This document shows, one piece after another, positions 24,081 through 37,493 of a stretch of DNA of 64,000 nt. Position 1 is the first letter of the stretch, and each line of letters begins with the position of its first letter. The stretch is from Felis catus. Lineage: Eukaryota. A program made the position numbers and the translations under genes. The notes beneath the pieces were generated by a model. It saw only the letters and a list, made by a program, of their open reading frames with translations. It did not search any database and was not told where the DNA came from. The DNA lies in assembly GCF_018350175.1 (NCBI RefSeq), contig NC_058368.1, positions 91,638,001 through 91,702,000 of the forward strand, given 5' to 3'.

Positions 24081-24446
24081 AAGAAACACAGCCTATCTAT
24101 GCCTCTGATGTCTGCCTCATTATTTGTTTTAACTTTTGTCCAAATAGAACTTAACTACAGGCCAAGCACATATCCTAAATTTGCAGCTTGCTCAGTTTGC
24201 ATAGACAGCACACACCTATGGCCCAGACAAGAAACAGCACATGACCTGCCCTCCAGAGACACACCCCCTTCCCTGCCCACCCCCCCCCCAGTTGCCCCAG
24301 GGGTGATCAGCATCCCAGTTTCTCACACGATAGGCTAGCGTTGCCTGTTTTTGTGCTTTACGTGAATGGAATCACATGATGTGGATTTGTTTGTCTTTAG
24401 TTGATCATGATGAGATCCATCCATTTTGCTACATGTGGTTGTGGAT

Positions 24447-24652
24447 TATTTACTTATTTTTTATTTTTTAAATGTTTATTTATTTTGAGAGAGAGAGCAT
24501 GAGCTGGGGAGAGGGACAGAGAGAGGGGGAGAGAGAGAATCCCAAGCAGGCTCTTTGCTGTCAGCCCAGAGCCCGACGCGGGACTTGAACACATGAACTG
24601 TGAGATCATGACCTGAGCTGAAGTCTGACACTTAACTTAACCCAGGTGCCCC
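24447..24652 (-). mobile_element. Can-SINE
   Basis: Reverse body. Confidence 0.88.
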
Positions 24653-25480
24653 TCTGCTACCATTTTCAATGATAGTATTTTTGAAAATTCATTTCCTGTT
24701 CGTTGCTGAGAATTTTTCAGGTTGCTCTTATTTCTAGTGTCCTTGGCACCTTTGCTTGTTAATGTTTAACAGTTTGTCTTTAGATTTTCCATGTATTTTC
24801 TATCAGATTGTCTATAAATAGAGGTTTTTTTGTTTGTTTGTTTGTTTCCTATTCTGTGCCTTTTATTTCTTTTACTGGACTCACTGCTTTGGCTGAGACC
24901 TTCCATCGTGCTGAACAGAGGTGTTACCAGTTCTGGAACAGAGGCATCCTGGTTTCATAACCCAACCCGGAGGGAAACACTAAGCATGACCACTACTTTA
25001 GGGTTTTTGCAGCTGCCAATCCCATTAAAGAAGTTTTTCTTCTTTTCTTAGTCTGTGGTGAGGTTTGTTTGTTTGTTTTTAAGTTATGACTGGGTGTTAA
25101 AACTTGTCCAGTGATGTTTCTGCATTTATGAGCTAATCAGATAATAGCTCTCCCCCCTTTTTTTTTCCTCTGTGAAAACAGTAGATTACACTGATTGATT
25201 TTAGAATGTTAACTTCCCTTGCATTCCTGGAAGTAAACCCTTATTGATTAGGCTATGTTATTTTAATAGCTTGCTAGATCCAATCTGCTAACATTGTGTT
25301 TGGGGATTTTGCATCTGTCTTCATAGAGAGATGGTCTGTAAGTGTCCTTTTTCCCTCTATTGTCAGTTTTTAGTATTAAGACCAGGACTTATAAGATGAG
25401 TTGGGAACTGTTAGCCCTGTTTCTTCTGGAAGAATTAGTATATGATTTAATGTTGTTCCTTTCTGTCCTTTTAAAAAAAA

Positions 25481-25698
25481 TTTTTTTTTAATGTTTATTT
25501 ATTTTTGAGAGAGACAGAGACAGAGACAGAGCGCAAGCAGGGGAGAGGAGCAGAGAGAGAGGGAGACACAGAATCTGAAGGAGGCTCCAGGCTCTGAGCT
25601 GTCAGCACAGAGCCCGATGTGGGGATCAAACCCATGAACCGTGAGATCATGACCTGAGCTGAAGTCAGGCCCTTAACCCACTGAGCCACCAGGTGCCT
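25481..25698 (-). mobile_element. Can-SINE
   Basis: Reverse full body. Confidence 0.9.
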
Positions 25699-25854
25699 CT
25701 ATGTTGCACCTTTCTTAAATGTTTGGGAGAAATCCCTAGTGAAAACATCCAGATGTAGGATTTCTTTAGGTTTTAAACAATTAATTCATTTGTTTTAATA
25801 GCTGTAGGACTCTCCTTATGTTTTTGTAACAGCTTTATTAAGGTGGAACTCACA

Positions 25855-25960
25855 GGGGGCACCAGGCTGGCTCTCAGAAGAGCATGCGACTCTTGATCTT
25901 GGAGTTGTGAGTTCAAGCCCCATGTTAGGTGTAGAAATTACTTAAAAAAAATCTTTAGGA
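25855..25960 (+). mobile_element. Short Can-SINE
   Basis: Head plus tail; TSD aaggtggaactcaca. Confidence 0.85.
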
Positions 25961-26163
25961 AAAAAAGGTGGAACTCACATACCACAGAATTCATGTATTT
26001 AAAGTGTACAATTCAGCAATTTTTAGTGTATGCAGTGTGGTGCCATCATTGCCACGGTTGTGTTTAGAACATTTCTGTCACCCCAAGTAGAAGCCCTGTG
26101 CCCCTTAGACATCATCTTCCAATCCTGCTGTCACCCTCAGCTCCTGGAAACCATTAATCTATA

Positions 26164-26390
26164 TTTTTTAAGTGTTTGTGTGTTTGCTTATTTAGAGATT
26201 ATTAGAGAGTGTGTGCAAGTGGAGGAATGGCAGAGACAGAGGGAGAGAGAGAGAATCCCAAGCAGGCTCCACACTGTCAGCATAGAGCCCCATGTGGGAC
26301 TCGATCCCACGAACCATGAGATCATGACCTGAGCTGAAGTCAAGAGTCGGATGAATAATTGACTGAGCCACCCTAATTTTTAGGTGCCCC
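26164..26390 (-). mobile_element. Can-SINE
   Basis: Reverse body. Confidence 0.88.
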
Positions 26391-26857
26391 TCTATTTTTT
26401 TGTTTCACTCTATTTGCCTCGTCTGGGCATTTTGTTTAAGTGGAATCATAAATATGTGACCTTTGGTACGTGGCTTCTTTTACTTAGCATAAGGTTTTCC
26501 GGGTTCACCCGTGTATGGCATGCGCCAATATTTCGTTCCTTTTTTAAGGCCAAATAATATGCCATCGCGTGGATATACCACATTTTGTTGATCCATTTGT
26601 CCATTTACGGACATCTGGGTTTCCTGTATTTGGCCATGATGGATGCAGCTGTTATGAACATTCATGTACAAGTTTTTGTGGGAACATATGTTTTCATTTC
26701 TGTTGGCTATATACTTAGGAATTGAGTTACTGACTCATAGGCTTCATTATTTTTTATTGCTAAACCATAACATGGATATACCAAAGTGTATTTAACAACT
26801 GCGTTATTGCTGGTCATTTAAGATGTTTGCATTTTTGCTGTTGAACAGTGCTCCGGG

Positions 26858-27165
26858 CAGTGCTACTCAAAATGTGGTTTGCCAATGGGTGCTGGCCCTT
26901 GAACTGTTTGTTATGGACCTATAACAAGATTAGGATAGAAATTGAGAGTATTTGGAAAGTTTTACAACAATTTAAGCGGTAATTTTATGTCTGTTGAATC
27001 TCATAATAAAAAACATGGGCTAGTGCTTTTATGTTTTGGGTTTTTAAAATTTTATTTTCTACTGCATCATTTTATTATATTTACCAAAAGCATCGGCGCC
27101 TGACAAACTGGAAGTCAGAATGAAAAACACAGCTGGCTCCCTGTCTTCTCCACCGCCGATAGGTA
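26858..27165 (+). mobile_element. hAT-Charlie relic (Charlie4-like)
   Basis: Starts cagtgctactcaaaatgtgg; aactgtttgtta...agaaattgagagta...aattttatgtctgttgaatct. Confidence 0.65.
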
Positions 27166-27192
27166 GTAAACCTCCCTGTTCATGTGTTTGCT

Positions 27193-27397
27193 TTTTTTTT
27201 TTTTTTTAAGTTTATTTATTTTGAGAGAGAGAGAGCATGAGCAGGGGTGGGACAGAGAGAATGGCAGAGAGAGAGAATCCCAAGCAGGCTCTGTGCTGTC
27301 AGCACGGAGCCTGATGCAGGGCTCCAACTCAGGACCTGCAAGATCATGACCTGAGCTGAGGCCGGACACTCAACTGACTGAGCCACCCAGGCACCCC
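27193..27397 (-). mobile_element. Can-SINE
   Basis: Reverse full body. Confidence 0.9.
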
Positions 27398-28290
27398 AAA
27401 ACTTGATTACTTTAAAAGGGATAATACTAAGTCATGACCAGGTAAACAGAGTCAGGAAAAAAAGGTACCTGGTGTAAAGCTTCGGTCAGAGCCGTCAGCT
27501 TTTGATTCTACACGGGGGTGACCTCAGGCCTCAGCTGGGATAGGACCTGAGGAGGGGGTCTCTGAGCAAACCCCACCCACAGCAGCAGAAGACATACCCT
27601 GGCTGCACACACTGGGGGCCTCCCCTGCTCTGCTTGTCAGGTAAGCGCTGTGCAATCTGTTTCGTTACCCCCTCTGAGGGCTCAGGCAGTCCCTGGGGAG
27701 CCTGGTGTTGTGACTCGGTAACTGTAGGGCTGAGAAAAGCACCAGGCATCTACTGTCCTCCATTGGCCGGAGGGAGCATTCCGGATGCCGGGGCAGGTCT
27801 GGGCCAGCTTTGAAGGCTGAGGATGGGTGAGGACCAGCTTGTTCTGAGTATTCTGGCAATTCTGGCAGCAAGAAGGGCAGTGAGGAGCTCCTCAAGTTGG
27901 CCCCTGGAATTACATGGTTTAGCTTGGTTATGTGTTTCTGGCATCAGTACCAAAGTAAGTTGGGAATGCCAAGTAGGAGCTCTGAATTCAGTGCCATCTG
28001 AAAGCCAGTGTATCAGTTAGGCACGCATCTGGCTGCAGATAACAGAAACCCTAACTGAAACTCACGGGCATTTATTCTCCTTGCATGCTAATTCTGGAGG
28101 CGGGCAGTCCGGGGCTGGTGTGGCTGCTCAGGGATGTTTCTGGAACCTTCGACTCCTCTTTCATCTCTCCATCCTCAGCGGCAGACCTTCATCTTCACTG
28201 AGAGGTCAGGGAGAAGGGGGTTGGAATGAGTGTTGGGTCAATCCCAGGCAGGAGATACAAAGAGTGTTAGACTTACAATCAAAAGATAGG

Positions 28291-28456
28291 AGGGACACCT
28301 GGGTGGCTCAGTCGCTTGAGCATCCAACTTTGGCTCAGGTCGTGATTTCACGGTTCATGAGTTCAAGCCCCACATCTGGCTCTGTGCCCGCTTCGGATCC
28401 TCTGTCCCCCCCTTCTCTGCCCCTCTACCACTCATGCTGTCTCTCTCAAAAATAAG
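28291..28456 (+). mobile_element. Can-SINE (internally shortened)
   Basis: Head and tail. Confidence 0.85.
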
Positions 28457-29050
28457 TCCGTGGCCGTCTCTGGGTCACCTTGGGGCAAGTCACTTCCATC
28501 TTCTGTCAAATGGCCAAGTGGCACTATGTTATCTCGAAAGTCCCTTCCTTCTTGTCCCAGGTTCTGCATCTATTGCTGTGCTATGAACCACCCCCAGATC
28601 TTATCGCTTCACGTGTTTATTTTGCTTATGAATCTCAAGTACTGCGAGGGCTTGGTGAGGACAGCTGGTCTCAGCTCCACTTGGTGTTGGTTGGGAGGCT
28701 GGGATCGCACGAGAGCTCACACCATGTCTCGCAGGGGTTGGGGGATGCGGGCGTAGTCTGGGACCTCAGCTGGAGCTGTGGCCGGAACATCTGCACCTGG
28801 ACTTCCACGTGGCTGCGTGTGTGGCTTCTTCATAGCGTAGTCACTGGGTTCTAAGGGTGAACGTCCCAAGGGGAGGCCAGGAGAGGCTGTGTGGATCGCC
28901 TCTTCTGACTGGCTTGGGAACGCATGCAAAATCATTTCTGCCACATTTTCTTCATTAGAAGTAAGTGATGAAGGACAGCTGCTATTCAAGGGGAGACAAG
29001 TTAGACCTGCTTTTTGAGGGAGGGGTGTCAAAGAATTTATGGACATGTTT

Positions 29051-29269
29051 GTTTATTTATTTATTAAAAATTTTTAATGTTTTATTTATTTTTGAGAGAG
29101 AGTGTGAGCGGAGGAGGGACAGAGAGAGAGGGAGATGTAGACTCCGAAGCAGGCTCCAGGCTCTGAGCTGCCAGCACAGAGCTGGACGTGGGACTTGAAC
29201 CCACAAACCATGAGATCATGACCTGAGCTGAAGTCGGACGCCTAACTGACTGAGCCATCCAGGCACCCC
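29051..29269 (-). mobile_element. Can-SINE
   Basis: TSD tatggacatgttt (29038-29050, 29270-29282). Confidence 0.92.
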
Positions 29270-29299
29270 TATGGACATGTTTAAAAATACTATGCATCA

Positions 29300-29535
29300 G
29301 GGAGCATGGGTGGCTCAGTCGGTTTAGTGTCCGACTTTTGATTTCATCTCAGGTCATGATCTCACAGCTGTGTTTTGAACCCTATGTCAGGCTCTGTGCT
29401 GACAGTGTGGAGCCTGCTTGAGATTCTCTCTCCCTCTCTTTCTATCCTATCTATCTATCTATCTGTCTGTCTATCTATCTATCTATCATTGATCTCCCTC
29501 TCTCTCAAAATAGGTAAATAAGCTTTAAAAAAAAG
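29300..29535 (+). mobile_element. Can-SINE with internal (CTAT)n
   Basis: Head, (CTAT)n at about 29442-29487, tail. Confidence 0.88.
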
Positions 29536-30019
29536 ATTTAAAACCACCACACATCTATAGGTTTCAAATTAAGTGTTCCTTGTCTTTCATGCATTCTGTC
29601 ACTATTTCTAAAAGACAAGACAGGCTACTTCTCATGGCAAAGACTGCACACAGGCTGTTAAGGAGGTTTTACTATCATGGACTGCTTTGGAAAGCCCTGG
29701 CCCAACCTCTTGCAACGAGGGACCTTCTTCAGTCTTAAAAGTAAACAATCCTGGTTCATTTTGAGAGTTGCTCCCAGAGACCACATTATTTGAGAATAAT
29801 TATACAGTAGTGTTTGAAAACGTGTAATATTAGAAGTTCATCAATGAGTTTTTATGGGTCATTCTCTACATGCCTGGAACTGTGCTGGCCCTAATGAGTT
29901 ATCAATGAGGCCCGAGGTCTGGCCCCATCCATTGGGAGTTTGTAGTTTCACTGGGGAGGCAGATAACTGGGGACGCTCCCACCTAGCTAGGTCAGCCACG
30001 TCTGGTATCAGCCTGTGTC

Positions 30020-30516
30020 AGTGACCCTGGTCTTGGCATAGAGGCAGATCAGTCACCGTATTGGTCAGTGACAGACACTGATATTCATGCCATGTATAGC
30101 CTCCTCCTACATGGATTCCGAGCCTGGCTGTGCAGGTTGCTTTGGGTAATTGGACATGAGCAAGTGTGATGCAAATACAGTATGACAGGCCACTTGTATG
30201 CTGGGGGCCTGTCCTGTTGGAACTCCCTTCATAGAACCTGGCCACCCAGCTATGAAGAAGCTCAGGGTTAGACTACTGAAGGGAAGAAGGCCACATGGAG
30301 AGAGATCTTGGAGGTGAGGCCATCACAGACATCCTAGCCCCTTAGACAAGCTCTCAATTGAATACAGCCATGTGAGTGACCTCAACTATCACCATGTGGA
30401 ACAAAACTGGTCAGCTCAGCCCAGTGAATCTACAGAATCCTGAGAAGGAATTCATTGATGTTTTGGGACATTAAATTTTGGGTTGCATTGTTACATGGCC
30501 AAAGATGACAAATACA
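30020..30516 (+). mobile_element. MaLR LTR (MLT1H-like)
   Basis: cagccatgtgagtgacctc...ctcagcccag...acagaatcctgaga...ttttggg...tgttacatggc...aataca. Confidence 0.65.
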
Positions 30517-30894
30517 CCCCTGTAAGTGTTGGTAAGATGGCTGCCGGCTACTCCAGGCTCAGATGGACATAGAGCACCTTCTTTGCATTAATTTTAGCAA
30601 AAGTCGTGGGAGTGACTCTCATTGAACTAATGCAAACCACTTGTTCATCTAGCAGCTAATCACTGGGTCCAGGAGGGGAACACCAGCCTGGAGATGTGTG
30701 CCCATTCTTGTAGCTGGGGCAGGGGGTGGGGTCTGGTCCCACCCAACTGATGATTTGGAGTAGGGTAAGGAAGGGAGAGAAATGAGGGGGAAGAGTGGAG
30801 AGTTAATAGACTCAACAGATAATCCTCCACAGGGAATAGATTAAATCAGTGAGGGGTGAATGAATAATTATGAGTGGGCTTAGCTGCGAAAGAA

Positions 30895-31080
30895 TTTTTT
30901 TTAATTAATTTATTTTGAGAGTGTGATACTATGAGTTGGGGAGGGGCAGAGAGAGAGAGAGAGCAGGCTCTGCATCGTTAGGGCAGAGCCCAATGTGGGG
31001 CTTGAACTCACAAACTGCAAGATGACCTGAGCCAAAACCAAGAGTCAGATGCTCAACCAACTGAGCCACCCAGGTGCCCC
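30895..31080 (-). mobile_element. Can-SINE
   Basis: Reverse body; TSD cgaaagaa. Confidence 0.88.
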
Positions 31081-33776
31081 ACGAAAGAAATGTTTCAACA
31101 TCTAATATTTAAGCCAGGATTTGTTGCTAGAAAGGGACAAGGGTCTTAGGAGGCAAGCAAGCTGAGGGATAGAACAGGAGATAGAAGAAGGCCTCCAGGT
31201 GGGAATTAGCACACTTGGGGTGAGTGACAGCTGAAAGCAGGTGCCACATGGGGTCTGCTTTGCAACCGGAGAGAGCCAGATGTCTTAGCCGAAAGCTGTG
31301 TGTTTCCTGAGACTCTGCATGTGGGTTAGGCTTTTCCTTTCGAATTTAAAATTCATTTGTATTTTCAGAAAAGTGCCTACGTGTTTCTGAATCATTTACA
31401 CTTAGGTCATTGGCGTGTGCACATGCACAGCTATTTAATGTCCAAGAAATGCTGGAAATGGTTCATTTTGTCACCTGCCACTTCAGACTGTTTATCTGAG
31501 GAAGGAGAGGCTGCATCTGGCTGGGGCTGAGCCACCTTCAGCCATCCCAGGTTCTGACGTATGGCTCTGCAGGAGCCCTGAGCCCACAGTCTCAGGCCAT
31601 GCTGGGGGCCTGAGCAGTGGTTCTGAGTGGCAGCCTGCAGCTGGGTTCCAGGGGACACCTCAGAGTCTGCCCTCTGCGGGTATGGTGGTTGCAGCCCGTT
31701 GGGGACACACAGTTGTCTCAGCCGCTTGCAGAAGAGGGGCACCCCTGCCCCTCCCCAGCTGGTCACAGAGTTTGTACCCAGTGCCGTGCCCGGTGCAAGC
31801 TTGTGACACAGGCACCATCTGGGCCAGCTGCCTCCTGGAAATAGACCCTGAGTAGGAGCCATTGCCGTGGGGCTGAGGTGTACCCCGGGGCCTGTGGCTG
31901 CTGGCAGATGCCTAGGAATGGGAGATGAGGGGCTTGGCCACTTATCTCCGGACAGACGGATGGAAAAGGGCGAAAGGCCAAGGCTCCTGGTATTGGCAGT
32001 CAGGAGGCCGTGAGGGATCGGTGTTTGTAAAAACTTGTTGACAGCCATCTGGCTCAGGTTTTCCTCTCAAGGATGTTGCCCTGCTCCTTCAGCCCTCGAG
32101 GTGAGCTAGGTTCGGCTCAGACCAGCCCCAGAGCCACTGGCCTTTGCCCTGTGCCCTCCTGGTCACCCCCTGCACAACTCACCTGCCGTCACCCCTCCCA
32201 GGCCCTGCCAGTCCACACCCCTTTGGGGTGCACCTCTGGGGAGCGACACCCCACCTTTTCCAGTTTGGCTTTTGGCCCCTCCTATACCAGATGCCCTCTG
32301 GTGCTTAGCTTCTGGGCCTCGGCCCCGTCTCCCCTGCCTGGCTCCAAATGGCCTTGCAGACTCTGCCCTACCAGTGCGCCCCGTGGACTCTGCAAACGAG
32401 GCCATCTTTCTCGATGGCAGCAGGTGGAGGCTGAGTGAAGATAGGAACGGTTTCACATGTTGTTCAGTGTAATAAATCGGTGTCCAAGGAGCAGCGTGAC
32501 TGAATCATATCTGAACCCCCCAAACTGCCATTTATCAACCCTGATGTCCGGGCAGCAGGGACACATGGCTGAGGGAACAGTGCATTGCAGCTCTGAGTCT
32601 GAACCCACATTTCGGGGTTCCAGCCCTTTGTGGCCAGCCTGACCCCCTCCATATGGCTGGCCCCCAAGCTCAGGAATGGAAAGACCCCATGGCACACTCA
32701 CCGGCTGGTCCTTCACTAGAGAGTGCGGTCAACCCACCTTAAGCCATAGCCTTGGAACAGGGAAAGAGGTGCTGTCACCAATGGAGGCGTGGAAACTCCA
32801 CACCTGCGCCAGGACTCCTTTTACTGCGAGTGACAGTACTCTAGTCCACCTGGCGGAAGCATCAGAGGGAGCTGACTGGGCTTTGGGGCGATCTGGATTC
32901 AGGGGCAGCTGACATCCTCCCCATAAGTGTGCCTGTCTCCCCATCTCAGCTTCATTCTCCGCTGGGCTCTTCCCCTGGGAGTGGTGAAGGCACCTCCCTG
33001 CTCCAGGCCCACATCTACCAGCTGTGCGGCCCCAGAAGGATCCCATGAGGCCTTGGCACTGGTCCAGCCACAGACACATGGCGCCCAAACCTGTCACTGT
33101 AGCCGAGAGGATGTGGGTCTTTGCTTGGCCAGGCCTGAGTCTTATGCCCAACCCTTGGGGTCAGGGGACAGGATCAGCCCCACCAAACCCACATAGGCGT
33201 GGCAAAGGGGTGGCTCTCCAGGGGGAACTTGGGATGCTAGAAGGAACAGGGAGAGATGCTAGGAAGCAAACCGCACAGGTGTGGACACCAGGACTCACAC
33301 TCATCTCTGCCTTTCCTTCTCACCCCCAGCCCCCAGCCCAGAACCTGTCCTCGTCCCTCTCTTCTCAAGGTCCTCGCACTCTCCCCTCCTCCAGGAAGCC
33401 ATCTCTGATTACTCCAGTCCTGTCTGCATTCTTTCCTTCCCAGAACTCCCTGGACACTCAGCTTCTTTCACCCTGCCCAGACAGTGTTTATATCCTCAGG
33501 CTGTTACCATCTTCAGCTTTGTATGCATGTGGGTCTTTGTCCCACATGTATAGTGAGGTCTTTTTCTATACAGATGAAGCTTTTCCTGTGAGTTTTGGAC
33601 CCTTCACCATTTTCCCTTTTGCACTGATTTTATCAGGCAAAGTCTTGAGGCTACTGCTGTAGCCTGTCCTTATTTGCCATGTGAGCGTAGCCAAGTTATT
33701 CATCCTTGCTGTGCCTCAGTTTCTTTGTCTTTGCAATGGGGAGAAGAACACTTACCTTAAAAAATTACACAGATTA

Positions 33777-34000
33777 GGGGTGCCTGGGTGGCTCAGTTGG
33801 TTAAGCGTCTGACCTGGGCTCAGGTCCTGATCTCACTGCTTGTGAGTTCAGGCCCTGAGTCGGGCTCTGTGCTGACAGCTTGGAGCCCGGAGCCTGCTTC
33901 ATATTCTGTGTCTCCCTCTCTCTCTGCCCCTCCCCTGCTTGCTCTTTCTCTCTCTCTTTCTTTCTCTCTGAAAAATAAACACTAAAAAAGAAAAAAAAAA
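33777..34000 (+). mobile_element. Can-SINE inserted in a MIR remnant
   Basis: TSD aattacacagatta. Confidence 0.92.
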
Positions 34001-34399
34001 GAATTACACAGATTAAACAGGAGTGTGCATGGGAAGTGGAGTCCAGCAGAGAACTGGGCTTACAAATGGCTGGTAAATGAGTGAGTGAATGAATGAATCA
34101 CTCAGTCCACTGTTGAGGCACACTGCCTGTAGGACCCTAGACAGGGAACTCTATGAAAAAAGAAAAATCCTGGGTTTTTTTTTGTGGTGTTGGGGAGACC
34201 TCACCATAAACAGGGCAAGAACCAGCCACTGCCCGCCTGCCTTAGGCCAGGCTGTTCTAGAAGCTGGGGCAGATCTGCAGAAGAATCAGCAGGTGTGGTC
34301 AGGTGGCTCCATCTAGCAGGGAAGAGGAGGCTGGTAAGGGCCAGGAGCTGGTCAGGTCAAGGCTTAGCCATTACCAGGACGTCTGCCCTGCCTGTGCTG

Positions 34400-35065
34400 G
34401 ACAGCGGACATCTATCCCCCTCATTGGTGACAGCACCTCTTTCCCTGTTCCAAGGCTAGGGCTTAGGGTGGGTTGACCGCACTCTCTAGTGATAAGCACA
34501 TGACCAGGTCAGCCTCCAAAGAGGCAGATTCTAGGCTTTTCTTAGGACTTTTGAAAAAGTGAAGGTCTCTTTCCACTGAGGTTGCAAAGCTGGTATAATG
34601 TAAGCCCAGAGCTGCTGGGCCCTCCTGCCATGAATGAATCCAACTCAGAGAAACCAGAGCTGAGAGATGGGGAAGGACAGTCCTGATGACGGTGGTGTAA
34701 TTGGAGCACCTGGATGTAGCTATACTTGAATCTCTCTGGATTTGTCACTCAAGGGAGGCAGTGCATTCTCTCTATTAAGTTAATGTGATCTGGTTCCGAG
34801 CTTTTTTTAAAAAAAAAAAAACAAAAACATTTTTTTAATGTTTATTTATTTTTGAGAGAGACAGAGCGTGAGCAGGGTAGGGGTAGAGAAAGGGGGAGAC
34901 ACAGAATCCAAAGCAGGCTCCAGGCTTCGAGCTGTCAGCACAGAGCCCAATGCAGGGCTCGAACTCACAAACCATGAGATCATGACCTGAGCTGAAGTTG
35001 GATGCTTAACTGACTGAGCCACCCAGGTATCCCTGATCTTTGAAGATTAAAAATCCTGACTGATC
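34400..35065 (+). mobile_element. Old MaLR LTR (MLT1J-like) with nested Can-SINE (34830-35033, - strand)
   Basis: tgtaagcccagagctgctgg...agagctgagagatgg...gtcctgatgac...gagcacctggat; SINE body clear. Confidence 0.6.
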
Positions 35066-36284
35066 TAGTGCCCTACTGGAAGCAGCCATTCCCCGGAGAT
35101 TCTAACCACATTACATAGACCTAATTTCTCTGCTGATGCTTATTCCCACGGGTGTTTGCATTTTCGAGGTCCTTCTTGGAGGTCACCCAAATAAACTGCT
35201 CCAGATGGGAGAGGTTCTCAGGAAATCACCATGGCAGTGAGTGAAAGCCGTGTTCACGATCCATGTACCAGAACCTGTCCCACCCTCAGAAACAGCACTG
35301 TGTCATGTTATGGTCCCAGTCACAGGAACATCAGAATCTAGAATGTGTGTTGACTGCACAGATAAGAGTTTTCTGCCCATTGTTCATCATTTCAGATCTC
35401 ATTAGGTTCCTCTGGCTACGTCTGTATATCACACTCACTGTTGGTTTGGTCATGGAAATAATTACATGCACCGATAAAGCGTGGCAGAAATGAAAGAAAA
35501 TGATATAAAGCACCCACCCTATTGCCTCCATGGACACAGAGGATGACAATTTCTGTCCGTGGTTAAACAGGAACAGAGCTTTGGAGCTGCTCTTCCTTGG
35601 CCCGTTCTAGTGACACATCTTCAACGCTGGGCCACATGGATTTCTTGGAACCTGTCCACATCTTGGAGTTTTTTGTTTGTTTTTTTCCAATTCAGTTCTG
35701 AGCTTAGATAGGAGCTGTGCTAGAGACATAGAAAATAGGGCTGGGGGTGCACAGCTTATTAGTGAAACTGTCTCTGTGCTCAGTGCCCAAGGGTTCAAGA
35801 TGGACCTTCTTTCCCAGACAGTGGCGGGGTGAGGGGATCTGTGTGGAGACAAAAGCATAAGAGAAAGCATGCTGTTTGGCAGAGGTAACCAGCAGTCTCT
35901 GGAAGCTGACTCTGGTCCCTGGACAGTTCCCGTTATGAGTGCTCAGTGCCTGCCTGGATTACCGTTTGTGGTACTGGCACATGTCGTCAGAGTGCCTGAG
36001 GATCACAGACACCCCCTCAGCCGCCATCTAGCCCTCCGACACTGCCCCCTGGTCCTCAGATAAAAGCTCATCACTTACCCTTGGGTACCTTCTTCCTCAA
36101 AAGACTTGTGGACACAGCTCATGGGCTGAGGGTGGCTGTGTCCCTTGCTGAACCACTTGGGTTAGGGTCTGTCTGTGCAGACCATCTCCTGCCTGCACAG
36201 GGAAGGTGGTGAGGCCTTTCCCAGCCCCAGGGTAGACTGCTTGAGACCACACTATTGTCCCTGTTAAAACGCATTCTGACTGGA

Positions 36285-36510
36285 GGGGCGCCTGGGTGGC
36301 TCAATCGGTTAAGCATCTGACTCTCGATTTGGGCTCAGGTCATGATCTCCCAGTTTGTGAGATCAAGACCCACCTCGGGCTCTGTGCTGGTGGCACAGAA
36401 CCTGCTTGGGATTCTCTGTCTCCCTCTTTCTCTCTGCCCCTCCCTGCACGTGCTCACATGCGTGCTCTCTCTCTCTCTAAAATAAATCAATAAACATTAA
36501 AAAATTTAAA
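36285..36510 (+). mobile_element. Can-SINE
   Basis: Full body; TSD-like ttctgactgga. Confidence 0.9.
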
Positions 36511-36864
36511 ACAAAAGTTCTGACTGGAATTCATGTGAGCTGAATCCATGTACCTTAATTTGAGAGGTGGGGAGAAACTTTTCTATGGTTGGTTGTCTTT
36601 CAGGGGCAGTCACTTGCCTGGTTAGTTTTTCCCATTCTCTCTCCTGCCCCCAGATTCCAGAAAGCAAAACATCCAGGTCATGTTTCCAAATGTCATTTCA
36701 TAAACTGAAAACACATTTTAGGTCTCCAGGGGCAAAAAGACGCCTTCATCTAGTTAACTCTAAATGTTTTTAATGTTTATACAATCCAAAGTCATGTAGC
36801 TCTCTCCCTTTTTAAGCAAACTAGGAGAATTGTTACTTTGCTAAGGCTTCCCATTTTTTAAAAA

Positions 36865-37480
36865 ATTCTTTTATTGTGGTAAAATATATTTTCCATCATA
36901 ACCATTTTTAAGGGTACGATTCAGTGGCATTAATTACATTTATGATGTTGTGCAACTGTTTCCACCGTCTACTTCCAAAACTTTTTCACACCCAAAGTAG
37001 AAACTTTGTGACCCACTTCTGCCACCCGCCAGCCCCTGGTGACCTCTAATTTACTTTGGGTCTCTATGAACTTGCCTAGCCTAGATATTTCCTATTGGGG
37101 CACCTGGGTGGCTCTGTTGGTTAAGCATCTGACTTTTGGTTTCAGCTCAGATCAAGATCTCATGGTTCCTGAGTTAGAGCCTTCCCGCCCCCAACCCCCA
37201 TCAGGCTTTACTGACAGCACAGAGCCTGCCTGAGATTTCTCTCCTTCTCTGTCTGCCCCTCCTCCACGTGCATTCTTTCTCTCTCTCTCTCTCTCTGTCT
37301 CAAAAAAAATAGATATTTCATATGAATTGAATCTTACATCATATAGCTTTTTGTGTCCAATGTCTTTTACTTAGCACATTTGAATATGAATCAGTACATC
37401 ATTGCTTTTTATGACTGAATTAATATTCCATTGTATGTATATCCCACACTTTGTATACCCATTCCATTGATGTACATTTT
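36865..37480 (-). mobile_element. L1 3' end (L1MB-like) with nested Can-SINE (37097-37308, + strand)
   Basis: tttattgtggtaaaatata...ttcagtggcatta...tgttgtgcaac...cagcccctggtgacctctaat; SINE TSD tagatatttc. Confidence 0.8.
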
Positions 37481-37493
37481 AATCTCCTCATTC

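Larger units (their letters stand above)
24120..26855 (-). mobile_element. Ancient L1 fragments (L1ME/L1MB-like) interrupted by SINEs
   Basis: gaatggaatca...atgtgg; ccttgcattcctgg; gattttgcatctgt; ggatataccacattttgttgatccatt; atgaacattcatgtacaagtttttgtg. Confidence 0.75.
28555..29552 (-). mobile_element. MaLR LTR (MLT1F/G-like) with two nested SINEs
   Basis: ctattgctgtg..aaccaccccc...tgggacctcagctgg...ttctgccacatt...gtgtcaaagaattt...ttaaaaccaccaca. Confidence 0.7.

Noticed and set aside
27560..27646. CAG|GTAAGC donor as a possible further COL23A1 exon
   Set aside because: No good upstream acceptor and no Gly-X-Y reading frame.
31431..33662. ORFs of 205 and 212 aa in GC-rich sequence
   Set aside because: No recognisable domain, no Gly-X-Y pattern and no convincing splice context; expected by chance at this GC content.
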